From contig CM059432.1 in assembly GCA_030390025.1 (NCBI GenBank), forward strand, positions 36,458,001 to 36,522,000: 64,000 bases of DNA. Reading direction: 5' to 3'. The stretch's first letter is position 1. Each line of letters opens with the position of its first letter. Positions 25,101 to 38,014 of the stretch are shown here, piece after piece. The notes beneath the pieces were generated by a model. That model had not been told where the DNA came from, ran no database searches, and saw nothing but the letters and a program-made list of their open reading frames with translations. The DNA is from Squalus acanthias (lineage: Eukaryota). Position numbers and translations under genes: made by a program.

Positions 25101-25930
25101 GTGACCTCTTCCACCTAGAAGGACAAGGGCAGCAGGCGCGTGGGAACACCAGCACCTCCAAGGTCCCCTCCACCATCCTGACTTAGAAGTATATTGCCAA
25201 TCCTTCATCGTCGCTGGGTCAAAATCTAACAGCACTGTGGGAGTACCTTCACCACACGGACTGCAGCGGTTCAAGAAGGCGGCTCACCACCACCTTCTCG
25301 AGGGCAAATATGGATGACCTTGCCAGCGACGCCCAGATCCCATAAGCGAATATAAAAAAAAATTCAGCTCGGGGTTGAAAAGGATGCTGAGATTGCGAAC
25401 AGACTCGTTCTGTCTGAGACAATGGCAGGGGAGGGGGATAGAATCGGTGGCGAGGGTACTGAGTTTGTGGCAGATGCCAAAAGCGGTGGTTCAGTCTTCC
25501 CAATAGTTAACTGGAGGAATTTGAACTTGTCCAAGACAGGATATCGGACTAGCAGTCGGTCAACACAGGCAATAGAGGGATAAGAGTGGTGGAGCTGGGT
25601 GTCATAAGCATTCATGTGGAAGGTGATGCCATGTGTGGGGATGATGTCGCCAAGGGGCAGCTTGTAGATGAGGAAGAGGATGGGGTCCAAGAACAGATCG
25701 TTGGGGGATTCTGCTGGTAATGGTGCGAGGGCAGGAAAAGCAGCCATTGCTGGAGGTACTCTGGCAACAAACGGATAGGTAAGAGTGAAACCAAGCGAGG
25801 GCAGTCCCACTGAGCTAGACAACGGAGGAAAGTCTTTGGGGGAGGATGGTATGGTTGACTATGTCAATGGCTGCAGAGAGGGCGAGGAGTGATGGTGCGC
25901 CATATCATGGTCACAAAGGATGTCATTTGT
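22200..25930 (-). mobile_element. L2 LINE fragment split by the family-B LINE at 22852-25362
   Basis: ORF 22408-22704 LIQNYAA...ADLHWL.V...FKIL. ORF 25364-25822 P.LF.IY.LPLGDII..HGI.FH..DTQL. The host sequence is collinear across the insertion. Confidence 0.8.
22852..25362 (+). mobile_element. Family-B APE-RT LINE, 5'-truncated, frame-disrupted
   Basis: Successive ORF pieces: [51 protein letters not shown]-rich tail at ~25350-25362. Confidence 0.9.
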
Positions 25931-27779
25931 AAGCATCTGCCTGCAACTAGTGGGTAGCTGGCTCCAGTCCTCGCCTGTAGCCCAGCAGATGAAAACCACT
26001 TTATCTTAATCTTAGTTATTATTAAAAAATATATCCTCTATATGTATAGTCATGTATGTTTTATAAAAGCTCACTCAAATGCATTTTTCATGTATTTTTT
26101 TTTTTAAGTAGCTAAAGCCACTAGAAATCTTGCTTGCTGAACTGCCAAATAATCGAGGCAAAATCTTGCTGGCTCTGCTGTTGCTCCATTCCAGTTTCCC
26201 AGTTGGCTTAGTGGGTAAAGCTCAACCCAGTGTAATACTGTACCATACAGACAGAAGGTCCCAGCCACATACAGTACTTGATTTGTGCAGCTGTCAAGTT
26301 GAGGCATGTTTGGGGTTGGGTGAGGAAAGGAACTGGTTTAGCTGTGAAACGCCACTCTCCTTTCTCAGTACTGCTGTTGAAGAGTGTGCTGAAACTCTGT
26401 GTTCATGTTGAGGTACCAGATTATCACTGGCACCCATTTGCAACCCTGCAAATGTCAGTACTTTTTGGGAGGGTGTGGGAAGAGTTAGAGTTTGCAATAC
26501 TTTTGAGACCTGGAAGTGTGTTAAACACTTTGTAGAGTACAGTAAGGATGTGGTTAATTAATAGGAAATCAAAATTAATATGGGACATATTTATTTTTGG
26601 CTGCAAGTTGAAATGGAGTGTGTAATGCATTGCTTCAGGGTTGAAGAAACATCAATTCAGTGATGCAGAAGGTGGAGGGCTGGTATATTTGAGTGGAATT
26701 GGTCTGTAGTTGGATTGGAACACCAGAACAAGAGTGGAACATTCAGTCCCTCGAGCCTGTTCCTCGTCATTGTTTATAATTCTCTCAGCAGCCTTGCTCC
26801 ACCCTGCTTCTGGGCAGTTGTGCCCTTTCTCACTGCTTATTGCTAGCTGAGCCTTCAGTGCTCCCTTATTCTTTCAAACCATATGTATAAGCATAACCAT
26901 CTACAATACCCATTAGTAAATAATAATTTTTCAGATCCTTAATCTTTGAGGAATTGCCATTGCAACTCTCTGCTTAACCGTTCTAGTGACATGTGTTCCC
27001 TTCCCAATATGTAAAATATGCATTCCCGAATGACTCCACTGAAATAACAAAATCACCTTACATTTCTAACAGTGGCACATTTTTCTGTGATCAACATTCA
27101 TAGATAACGAAGACGTAGGTATTCTGCCTTATCAGCTTCTGGTTTTATTTGTTCTTGGGATGCAGGTGATGCTGGCAAAACTGCATTTATTGCCCATCCA
27201 TAGTTGCCCTAAGAAGGCATTGGGCTTTCTCCTTTAACCACTGCAGTCCTTCTGGTGACGTTGCTTCCATGATGGTACTAGGTAGGGAATTTCCAAGATT
27301 TGACCCAGCTCCAACAGCATTGGGCTCCCTGGCATCATGCCAAATTTATTCATATACCCATGCAGGCCCATTCCCCCATCACATCTAGATGTGCCTGCAA
27401 TCTATTTATCTCATCTAAGGGCCTTACACCTGCATATATCTTTGTAAATGAAAAATAAAATCAAGATCCAGCTAATAGAGCAAATGTAACAAGTAAAACA
27501 CTAGCCAAGGGATTAAAAATGAGAGTGCAATTAGAGAGTGTTGCGGGACACAGCCTGTGTATCCCCGTCAGGTATAACGGTCAGCGAGGCAGGTAGTCTA
27601 GATGTCATCCTGTGGTATGCAGTTGTCTTGCAGGATCGTGAGATGTGGCTTTGTTACCCACAAGACACTGAACCCATGTGTGAATGTAAACCGAATACTG
27701 AATAGCTAAAAGTTTGAAGTGCATGAAATTTATGTTCGTACCAAAGCAGTGAACATTCATACCCAAAGGATGTTTCTTG

Positions 27780-29740
27780 CAGAATCATAGAAACATAGAA
27801 AATAGGTACAGGAGTAGACCATTCGGTCCTTCGAGCCTGCACCGCCATTCAATGCGTTCATGGCTGAACATGCTACCTCAGTACCCCATTCCTGCTTTCT
27901 CGCCATACCCCTTGATCCCCCTAGTTGTGAGTGTTATATCTAACTCCCTTTTGAATATATTTAGCGAACTGGCCTCAACAACCTTCTGTGGAAGAGAATT
28001 CCATAGATTCACCACTCTCTGGGTGAAGAAGTTCCTCCTCAGCTCAGTCTTAAATGGCTTCCCCTTAATCCTTAGACTGTGACCCCTGGTTCTAGTTTTC
28101 CCTACCATTGGGAACATTCTGCCCGCATCTAATTTGTCTAAACCAGTCAGGATTTTAAATGTCTCTATAAGATCCCCCCTCATTCTTCTGAACTCCAGAG
28201 GATACAAGTTCAGTTGACCCAATCTTTCTTGATATGTCAGACCGGCCATCCCAGGAATCAATCTAGTGAACCTTCGCTGCACTCCCTCAATAGCAAGAAT
28301 GTCCTTCCTTAAGTTAGGAGACCAAAACTGCGCACAATACTCCAGGTGTGGCCTCACCAAGGCCCTGTACAACTGCAGCATCACCTCCCTACTCCTGTAC
28401 TCAAATCCCCTTACTATGAAGGCCATCATTCCGTTTGCTTTCTTGACTGCCTGCTGCACTTGCATTCCCACCTTCAGTGACTGATGTACCATGACGCCCA
28501 GGTCTCGTTGCACCGTCCCCTTTCCCTAATCTGCCACCATTCAGGTAATAGTCCGCCTCTCTATTTTTACCACCAAAGTGGATAACCTCACATTTATCCA
28601 CATTGTACTTCATCTGCCATACATTTGCCCATTCACCCAACCTGTCCAAGTCACTCTGTAGCCTCCTAGCATCCTCCTCATTGTTCACACTACCTCCCAA
28701 TTTAGTGTCATCCGCAAATTTGGAGATATTACATTTAATCCCTTCGTCCAAATCATTAATATATAATGTAAACAGCTGGGGTCCCAGCACCGAACCCTGC
28801 GGTACCCCGCTGGTCACTGCCTGCCATTCTGAAAAGTACCCATTTACTCCTACTCTTTGTTTCCTGTGTGCCAACCAGTTCTCAATCCACGTCAACACAT
28901 TACCCCCAATCCCATGTGCTTTAACTTTGCTCACCAATCTCTTGTGTGGGACCTTGTCGAAGGCCTTCTGAAAGTCCAAATACACCACATCTACTGGTTC
29001 CCCCCTGTCCACCCTATTGGAAACATCCTCAAAAAATTCCAGAAGATTTGTCAAGCATGATTTCCCTTTCACAAATCCATGCTGACTTGGACCTATCATG
29101 TCGCCACTTTCCAAATGGTCTGTTATGACATCTTTAATAATTGCTTCCATCATTTTACCCACGACCGATGTCAGGCTGACCGGTCTATAATTCCCTGCTT
29201 TCTCCCTCCCTCCTTTTTTAAAAAGAGGGGTTACATTGGCCACCCTCCACTCCATCGGAACTGATCCAGAGTCTAAGGAATGTTGGAAAATGATCGTCAA
29301 TGCATCCACTATTTCCAAGGCTACCTCCTTAAGTACTCTGGGATGCAGACCATCAGGCCCCGGGGATTTTTCAGCCTTCAGTCCCATCAATTTTCCCAAT
29401 ACCTTTTCCCGTCTAATAAGGATTTCCCTCAGCTCCTCCCTCTTACCAGATCCTCTGACCCCTTTTATTTCCGGCAGGTTGTGTGTGTCCTCCACAGTAA
29501 ACACCGAACCAAAGTACTTGTTCAATTGATCTGCCATTTCCTTGTTCCCCATTACGACTTCCCCTGTTTCCGACTGCAGGGGACCTACGTTTGTTTTTAC
29601 TAACCTCTTTTTACATATTTATAGAAGCTTTTGCAGTCCATTTTAATGTTCTCTGCAAGCTTCCTTTCATATTATATTTTCCCTGCCCTAATCAAACCCT
29701 TCGTCCTCCTCTGCTGAGTTTTGAAGTTCTCCCAGTCCCC
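27780..29740 (-). mobile_element. Young CR1 (HER1-like) LINE, 5'-truncated, RT domain nearly intact
   Basis: ORFs 28401-29552 ([48 protein letters not shown]) and 27878-28513 are joined by one frameshift. (tctatgtt/at)n tail. Confidence 0.95.
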
Positions 29741-30329
29741 GGGGATGCTCAAGAGGCCAGAATTGGAGAAGTGCAGATATCTTGAAGGAAAAATGCAACT
29801 GCTGGGAGTGCATAGCACAGGCACGTCAGCCAGCATCTGGAATTCCAGATTAACATTATGGCCAGTCCCTTCATTAACCTACCTTTTTCTGGCTGACTGA
29901 CCTGCTACTTGCACAGTGCCTTCTCTAGAAAGCATTATGATGTAACTCCTGTTGCAGTCAAGAGTTGGGAGACGCAAACTTCATGGTAATGCAGCTTATG
30001 TTAGATCATAGCATGGTCATATTGGAATAAGGCACCAACCATCAGGTAACAAGACTGAGGTTGTGGATTTATTTTTGGGGAATGGATATGATTGCCACCA
30101 ACTAATGTAACTTGGCCACTGTGTATGGAAGCTTCTCATCTGCAGGGCAGAGGTGTATATTATACCATTTGTCTGTGGCGACACAGTAACCTCACCCCTG
30201 CTCCCATTCAACAAAATTAATAAAACATAGCTGTTGTATCACTTGGCTGCATGTATTAAAACTGATAAGTGTATTTTTCCTTTTTTAGATCAATTTTTTT
30301 CTTTACAACCCCACCCCCTTTTACAGACA

Positions 30330-31450
30330 CAAAAACATTGGATAGGAAAAAACCAGCTGGTCCATCTAGCTTGTCCCATGCAGTTATGATGCCTTATGTA
30401 TTAGATCCACTAGGTGCCATATTGTGTCCTGGGAAAAGCGAAAAAACAGATCAAAAACCCAAGGCCAATTAGGGTGGGGAAAGATCTGAAAAATTCCTCT
30501 CTGATCTATCTAGGTGATCAAAACTAGTCCAGGAGATCACATTGACCATGAACTGCCTAACATCTAACCTATTTCTTCACTTGTGTAATTTATACACATG
30601 ATCCCTGGTCCTCCCCAACATATCAAATTGAAATAATTTGAGTGTGCTCACAATCTAGTCCTTTCATTTTTTTTTTAAGACCTCAATCAAATCGTCCCTG
30701 AGGCTATGCTTCTCAAGTATATAGACCTAGTTCCTTAGGCTATCTGGGTAGCTATGGTGTTTTAATCTGGGGATCATTCTTATGCCCCTCCCCTGAACCT
30801 TTTCCAAAGCCTCAATATCACCTGCCGTTTGAGGGTCAAAACTGGACACAGTACTCTAAATTAAATCTAACCAAGGTTTTGTACAAGGACAAAATAGTAT
30901 GTTTTGTTTTGTAATAGATAGTCCTGTGAATGCAGTCCAGTACTCTGTTTGCTTTAGCTATAGTTTTTGTGCATTGGTCGGGAACCTTCAGCGTTGTGAA
31001 TTAGGGTCTTTTTCTTTCACCACAGGCTTCAGTTGTGTTCCTTATAAGGTGCAAGTGTGCGTAGCGTTGGTCTTGCCCACATGCATAACGATGTATGTAC
31101 TTGTCGAAGTTAAATGCCATTTGGCAAACTTGGGGCCCATTTCCCAAACATATCGAGACCTGCTTGAGTTATTTAGTCTCCTCCACAGTCCTAACACTCT
31201 CACAAATGTTTGTACAGTATTATCCGCAAACATGCCCAAACCCCTTCATCTAAGTCATTAATATAGATAGTAAAGAGAAAAGGCCCTACAGTCTCCAAGC
31301 AGATCCACAGCCACCGATAACAATTTACTGCCTATGGGCATGCAGCCAATTCTTACTCCACTATAGCAGCTTCTCATATTTTCTCCCCAGTATTCTTGTT
31401 ACCGTTCTAACTCAGGGATGACACATTCGCCAAGTGTCCTCTGGTGTCTC
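30330..31450 (-). mobile_element. Old, highly decayed CR1 fragment
   Basis: ORF 31042-31239 contains MFADN and WHL...VMHVGK, resembling the RT thumb. Confidence 0.55.
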
Positions 31451-31694
31451 GCCGTTTTTCATATGAGCTTGTTAGTCAGTAGACTATTCAACTTTGGAAG
31501 GTTTACCAGCAAAGCTTGATTAGGGCACCAGTGCTGTACCCCAGCAGGGTCTTTAGGCAAGGAGGGGAGAAAAAAACAGGAAACAAATTTCGCTGAAAAA
31601 ATGTTATTAGAAGAAATTACTGCTTTACCAGCAATGCTTTGAGAAATAGGACATGGTGATAAATCTTGAACTCTTGTGTGCATTTATTTTACAG

Positions 31695-31823
31695 AAATAC
31701 ACAAGACGCCATTTGGTGTGGAGCTGCTGTCTTTTGGTGGTAATCATTACGGAGAAGGGACAATAATGGAGATGATGTCGCAGTCGGCACAGATGAGCAC
31801 AGAGCCTCCCTTCAGCCTTCTTG
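31695..31823 (+). CDS. Coding exon of unidentified host gene (phase 1-1, 129 nt): EIHKTPFGVELLSFGGNHYGEGTIMEMMSQSAQMSTEPPFSLL
   Basis: Acceptor catttattttacag, donor G|gtaagg, open frame, unique sequence, phase-compatible with the following exons. Confidence 0.75.
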
Positions 31824-32149
31824 GTAAGGATCCTAAAGTCTCAAACTTTAGGGTGATAGACTCAATTTTTTCAGTTATGGGGGAAGTAGAAAAAGGAAGT
31901 GTTTTCTACCATTTCTCTCCTGATGACTCATACCCCTATATTCCTCAGTTGGCAAGAGATCGGGAATGGGTTGTTAAGATGCAGGTGAGTGAACCCTGGT
32001 GTGGTTCTCTTGCTGCTCTTCCCCTGCACTGCCACCCACCTCCCAGCTCTCCTGTGGAGTATTGTGACCTATAGGTTGTATTTGGTGTGTTTACGAGATG
32101 GGAGGAGGGGAGAAGCTTTTAGACTTGTGTATTGCTTATACTATGTTTC

Positions 32150-32930
32150 AACAACAATTTGCATTCTTATAGCGCCTTAAATGTAGCAAATTGTCCCAAG
32201 TCACTACACAGGAGCGTTATCGAACAAAATTTGACACCGAGCCACATAATGAGGTATTAGGGCAAATGACCAATAGCTTGGTTGAAGAGGTAGATTTTAA
32301 GGAAAGTCTTAAAGGAGGAAAGAGAGGTGGAGAGGTTTAGGGAGGGAATTCCAGAGCGTAGGTCCTCGGCAGCTGAAGGCATAGCCGCAAGTGGTGGAGT
32401 GATTAAAATCAGGGATGCTCAAGAGGCCAGAATTGGAGAAGTGCAGATATCTTGGAGGGTTGTAGGGCCGGAGGAGATTACTTCACCCAGAGAGTGGTGA
32501 ACCTGTGGAATTCTCTGCCACAGAAGGCAGTAGAGGCCAATTCATTAAATAGATTCAAGAAGGAGTTGGATATATTTCTTAAGGCTAAAGGGATATGGGG
32601 AGAAAGCAGGGACAGGGTACTGAATTTGGATGATCAGCCATGGTCGCATTGAATGGCGGAGCAGGCTAGAGGGGCCGAATGGCCTACTCCTGCTCCTATC
32701 TTCTATGATTCTATGATACAGAGATAGGGAGGGGCGAGGCCATAGAGGTATTTGAAACCGAGAATGAGAATTTTAAAATCGAGGCGTTGCTCAACCGGGA
32801 GCCAATGTAGGTCAGCGAGCACAGGAGTGATGGGTGAACGAGACTTGGTTCAAGTTAGGATACGGGCAGCAGAGTTTAGGATGAACTTAGGCTTATGAAG
32901 GGTGGAAGATGCGAGTCCAACCAGGAGTGA
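32150..32930 (-). mobile_element. L2 3' fragment containing a + strand CR1 tail at ~32481-32716
   Basis: Homologous to 870-1500; the CR1 tail ends in tctatgattctatga. Confidence 0.8.
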
Positions 32931-33099
32931 GCTGTCTAAACCCCTTTGTTGCACTAATTGCACATTAGTGCTATTCAATAGAAAAAGGAAGGCTTATATT
33001 TATATAGCGCCTAATAATGTCTCTGAGAAACCATATTATGTATTACTTTAAAGTGCAATGACCATTATGTAAGTAGATATGGCAGCTATTTGCACAGCA

Positions 33100-33800
33100 A
33101 CAACTATTTGCATTTATATAGTGTCTTTGACATAGGAAAATGTCCCAATGCACTTCACAGACAAAAACTGACGCCAAGCTAAAGAAGGAAATATTAGGAC
33201 GGGTGAATAAAAGCTTGGTCAAAGTGGTAGGTTTAAAGGAGAGCCTTAAAGAAGGTGAGAGCTGGAGATGCGGAGAATTTTAGAGAGGGATTTCTAGAGT
33301 TTAGGACCAAGACAGCTGAAGGCATGGCTGACAATGGTGGGACGAAGGGAGTGGGGGATGCGATGCACAGGAGGCCAGAGTTGGAGGAACGCAGCATTAT
33401 TGGAGGGTTGTACGGCTGGAGGAGGTGACAAAGATGGGGAAGGGTGAGGCTATTGAGAAATGTGAACGCAAGGATGAGAATTTTAAAATTGAGGCTTGGT
33501 GGACTGAGTATCAATGTAGGTCAGCAAGCAACAGGATTATGGGTGAGTGGGATTTGGTGCGGATTAGGATACTGGCATCAGTTTTGGATCAGCTCTAGTT
33601 TATGCAGGATGAAAGATGCAAGGCTAGCCAGGAGAGCATTGGAATAGTTGAGTCTAGTGGTAAAAGCATTAATGAGGGTTTCAACAGCAGATGGACTGAG
33701 GCAGGGGCAGTGCTGGACAATGTTAGAGGTGGAAGTAGGCGGTCTTGGTGATGGAGAGGATATGAGGTCAGAAGCTCCGCTCAGGGTCAAATAGGATGCT
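33100..33800 (-). mobile_element. L2 3' fragment
   Basis: ORF 33578-33874 ETLINAF..RLNYSNALLA...LHKLELIQN. Confidence 0.8.
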
Positions 33801-34067
33801 GAGATCTCAAAATTCCGGCTCAACCATGAGAGCTTGATCCTCTTCAAGTTAACGCCAGTATCTTTAATATCCACCTAAACCATTGGGACAGGCAGATGGG
33901 TAACGTCTCATCCAAGGACAGCACTTCTGATAATTGAATGCTCCCTCAGTACTACACCGAAGTGACTGCCTAGATTGAGGTCAAATCACAACCATCTGGC
34001 TCGGAGGAGAGAGGGCTACCAACTGAGCCATGCTGACACCTGTAACAATTCTTGCTGTTTCCTGCAG

Positions 34068-34199
34068 ACACTATAGAAGGACGTGGTGTCGAGGAGCTGG
34101 TGAACTTCGAACCTATGCTACCTCCTGTACACGAGATGAAGGGTGCAACGACATCTTGCCCAGCACTGCAGCACCTAAACTCTCCGGCTGAAGTCGCAG
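34068..34199 (+). CDS. Coding exon of host gene (phase 1-1, 132 nt): DTIEGRGVEELVNFEPMLPPVHEMKGATTSCPALQHLNSPAEVA
   Basis: Acceptor ttcttgctgtttcctgcag, donor CAG|gtaggc, open frame, CpG-containing unique sequence. Confidence 0.8.
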
Positions 34200-34554
34200 G
34201 TAGGCAATGTCACAGGAGTGAAAACCATCTCTCTCTGCCTTGATTTTAAGTTTTAGTTTCCTGCATGAAACCCCAAATTATTCTTCAATTACAAAAATCT
34301 GCTTTGTTTGGTAGGTTCTAATCAGAAGGTTTCAGGGATAATCCGCACTCCTGAAAATGACACGATAAAGCTTTACAATACAGTATTTTAAATGGAGCAG
34401 GTCATTAAAGGGTGCAGTGGAAGCAGATACAAGACTATAAAAGCAAACAGAATCTTTGCTTTTATATCTAGAGGCACAGAATATAAAAGCAAGGAAGTTA
34501 TATTAAACTTTAGTTAGGCCACAGTTGGAGTATTGAGTTTTGGGCACCACAGTA

Positions 34555-34925
34555 TAAAGAAAGAACTTGCATTTATACAGCACCTTTCACAACGTCCCAA
34601 AGCACATTACAGCCAATTAAGTACCTTTTGAAGTGTAGTCAGTGTTCTAATGTACGAAACTTGGCAGCCAATTTGTGCACAGCCAAGACCCATGAGCAGC
34701 AATGTGATAATGACCAGATAATCTATTTTAGTGATGTTGGTTGAGATCTTTTATGTTCACCTGAGAGGGCACATGGGACCTCTTATAACATCTCATCCGA
34801 AAGTTGGCTCCTTCAACAGTGCAGCACTCTCAGTACTGCACTGGAGTGTCAACGAGATTATGCGCTCAAGTCTCTGGAGTGGGACTTGTACAACCTCTGT
34901 GCTACCACTGAGCCACAGCTGACAC
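34555..34925 (-). mobile_element. Deu-domain SINE inserted in a decayed CR1
   Basis: Homologous to 35262-35729. Confidence 0.7.
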
Positions 34926-35261
34926 GTTAGTCAGCCAGGAGGGATATGAACGTGTACATTGACTGGGATGTTATCAGGCATGAGGGGTTACAGTTATGAG
35001 GAGAGAGTTGAGAAGCTAGAGCTGTGATGGTTAAGGATGACCTTATAAAGGTCTTCAACATTTCAAAGGGTTATAAGATAGTGATACAGATTGTTTCCAT
35101 TGATCAGAAAGACACTAGTGAGAGAGCATAATTTTAAGCTAATTACATAGAATTAAAGGGGAAGTTAGAAAAAAATACTTAATTACATATTTTAACCAAT
35201 GTCTGTATTATCTGCCACAAATAGCTATTGAAGCAAGCTCTAATTTTTTTAAAAAGAATAA

Positions 35262-35729
35262 AAAGAAAGACTTGGATTTATATAGCGCCTTTCACGACCA
35301 ACGGACGTCTCAAAGCGCTTTACAGCCAATGAAGTACTTTTGGGGTGTAGTCACTGTTGTAATGTAGGAAACACGGCAGCCAATTTACGCACAGCAAGCT
35401 CCCACAAACAGCAATGTGATAATGACCAGATAATTTGTTTTTGTTATGTTGATTGAGGGATAAATATTGGCCAGGACACCAAGGATAACTGCCCTGCTCT
35501 CTTCGAAAAAGTGCCATGGGATCTTTTACGTCCACCTGAGAGAGCAGACGGGGCATCGGTTTAACATCTCATCCAAAAGACGGCACCTCCGACAGTGCAG
35601 CACTCCCTTAGTACTGCACTGGAGTGTTAGCCTAGATTTTTGTGCTCAAGTCTCTGGAGTGGGACTTGAACCCACTGAACCTTCTGACTCAGAGGCGAGA
35701 GTGCTACCCACTGAGCCACAGCTGACACT
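35262..35729 (-). mobile_element. Well-preserved Deu-domain SINE (SacSINE1-like)
   Basis: Minus strand starts with a tRNA-like head (TGGCTCAGTGG ... GGTTCAAGTCC). Central gatcccatggcact...ggtgtcctggccaatatttatccctcaa block; 3' end gaaaggcgctatataaatccaagtctttct. Confidence 0.85.
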
Positions 35730-36177
35730 GTTAAAAAGGGAACTTGATAATTGCTTGAAAAATAAATATTAAAGGATGTGGGGAGTGGGAATAGTCTAGG
35801 TTGGATATTGAAGGGTATGGGGAGAGGGTGGGAAAGTGGTATTAGACTGGGTATTAAAGAGTGGGATTAGACTCAGTGGCTAGTGGAGGATAGCTTCAGC
35901 ACAGACTTGATGGGTCAAATGCTTGTTTCTATGCTGTAACATTCTAGGATTCTATGAATGGCTTTATTCCAAGTAATACTCAAGTTATACCAATTCATAA
36001 TGAGGAAAACAACTTAACTGAGTCCAATCTGTCTGTCTTGGGTATTCCCACCCACCCTTTTTAATTGTCTCTTCTTGAACCTCTTTCTTTTTCCCCTAAG
36101 AGGTGACCAGTTTTAACATACAGTTCCATGGGAGCTGATAGCCCTCTGGTGCCTGACGCAAATGCCTGTTTAAAAAA

Positions 36178-36569
36178 AAATCATTCTCTGGATGTAGACG
36201 TCATTGGCAAGGCCGGCATTTATTGCCCATCGCTAGTTGCCCTGAGAAAGTGGTGGTGGGCCTTCGTCTTGAGTGGTTTGATACAACTGAGTAGTTTCTA
36301 GGCCACTTCAGAGGGCAGTTAAATTGGTGTGGTATTGGAGTCACATAAAGGACAGCAGGTTTCCTTCCATAAAGGACATTAATGAACCAGTTAGGTTTTA
36401 AACGACAATCTGACAGCTTCATCATGTTCACTTACTGATACCAGCTTTTCTTAAACTGAATTAAAATTCTCAAAATGCACTCATGAGTTTTGAACTCGTG
36501 TTCTCTGGATTATTAGTCCAGGCCTCTAGATTATTAGTCCAATAGCATAACAACTACATTATCGTACCC
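36178..36569 (-). mobile_element. Short SINE-like derivative of the family-B LINE (tRNA-like head + LINE 5' UTR + LINE 3' tail)
   Basis: ~36280-36569 matches 21780-22106 and ~36178-36270 matches the LINE tail at 19790-19880. Confidence 0.75.
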
Positions 36570-37146
36570 TTTCTTCATGTGTGTCCCGAGATGGTGAGTG
36601 CTGGCAGACCATTATTACCATGGAAGGCCCACAACCCACCTTTTCTTGCCCAATGTCCACTTTCCAGCAGGGATTGCAGAGTAGCAATTGGGAGCAGAAA
36701 TAATGGTTCTCTTTCCCATCCCTGCTCCCTCCCACTTCCACTAGTCCAGGGCATGGCGAGCAATATTAACTCTCTAACTACTGCGATCAACTAATTCAGA
36801 CCAGCAACCAGTACCTTCTGGCAGTATTATTCCAAGAGGAATAACTATTGCCCCAAAACTCTTATTTCTCTAATGCACTGTCTACCGGCCGTACCTGCAC
36901 AAAAAGAAAGACTTGCATTTATATAGCGCCTTTCACGACCACCGGATGTCACAAAGCGCTTTACAGCCAATGGAGTACAAGAAAAAAAATCTGACATGGG
37001 AGAACCACACAATTAAAAATGCTGCTGAAATGGTTAATAATTGTTTGCTGATGTATGAGCATCTTCTCCTTATTTCCAATTTTTTCCACTTCCTTTCACC
37101 AGCAATTTAGTTTTTGAGGTTGGGATCAGCTCATCATAAGGTGTGT

Positions 37147-37375
37147 TGTAGAGGGAGCTTTACTCTGTATCTGACCCATGCTTTACTTGCCCTGGGAGTG
37201 TTGGTGGGACAGTGTAGAGGGAGCTTTACTCTGTATCTGACCTATCTTGTACCTGCTCTGGGAGTGTTTGATGGGCCATGTAGAGGGAGCTTTACTCTAT
37301 ATCTAAATTGTTCTGTACTTGGCTTGTTAGCGTTTGATGAAGGTTGACTAGAGGGGGCTTTACTCTGTGTGCTGT
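37147..37375. repeat. 66-bp tandem repeat, about 3.5 units
   Basis: Unit tgtagagggagctttactctgtatctgacc...gggagtgtttgatggg starts at 37147, 37213, 37279 and ~37347. Confidence 0.9.
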
Positions 37376-38014
37376 GATTGGTTAAAATAAAGGTCAATCT
37401 TAAAAGTAAACTGAATCCACACATGAAGTAACAAAATTGTTTCCTTTTACATATTCCACCACAAGTCATGAATTGAAGAGAATGCTTGGAGCATTGTTGA
37501 AAATGATTGTGTGACACCAACTGTAGAGTCTTTTTGGATACAGGAGAAGATACGTAAATGCGACATACTGGAGGAATATTCATGATTTTTTTGTAACATT
37601 TTAAGTCAAGTCCATTATGTTTTAGAATGTGTTTGCTGTTGGGGACTTGAAGGATTTAGACTTGAGGACTCCAGTGTACATCAATAAAATACTGAATCAA
37701 AATGAAGCTTGTACCTCCCAGATGTCTGTCTGGATCAGTTACTCATTCAATGTGCAAATGATCCAAATAGACCAGGGAGGACTCGCCTTCACTCCCCAGT
37801 TTGTGCTGAGTTGGATGATCTCAGCTGGAGTGACTGTAGAGATGCTAAAACTAGCTGCAGTCCTAGGGTTAGGGACAGAAGTGTTCATGCTCCTCATTAC
37901 CTATCCTGTGATTCCTCTACTGGAAGTACATGTGTGTAGATGTTGGATCAGGATAATGAATCTTCCACTGCAGTCAAGTAGCCTTTGGCAATTGTTGGTC
38001 AGGTTTACAGATTG

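Noticed and set aside
28401..29552. 383-aa reverse transcriptase ORF as a host or domesticated gene
   Set aside because: It is a 5'-truncated CR1 ORF2 with a frameshift and a typical tail. The long frame reflects youth, not domestication.
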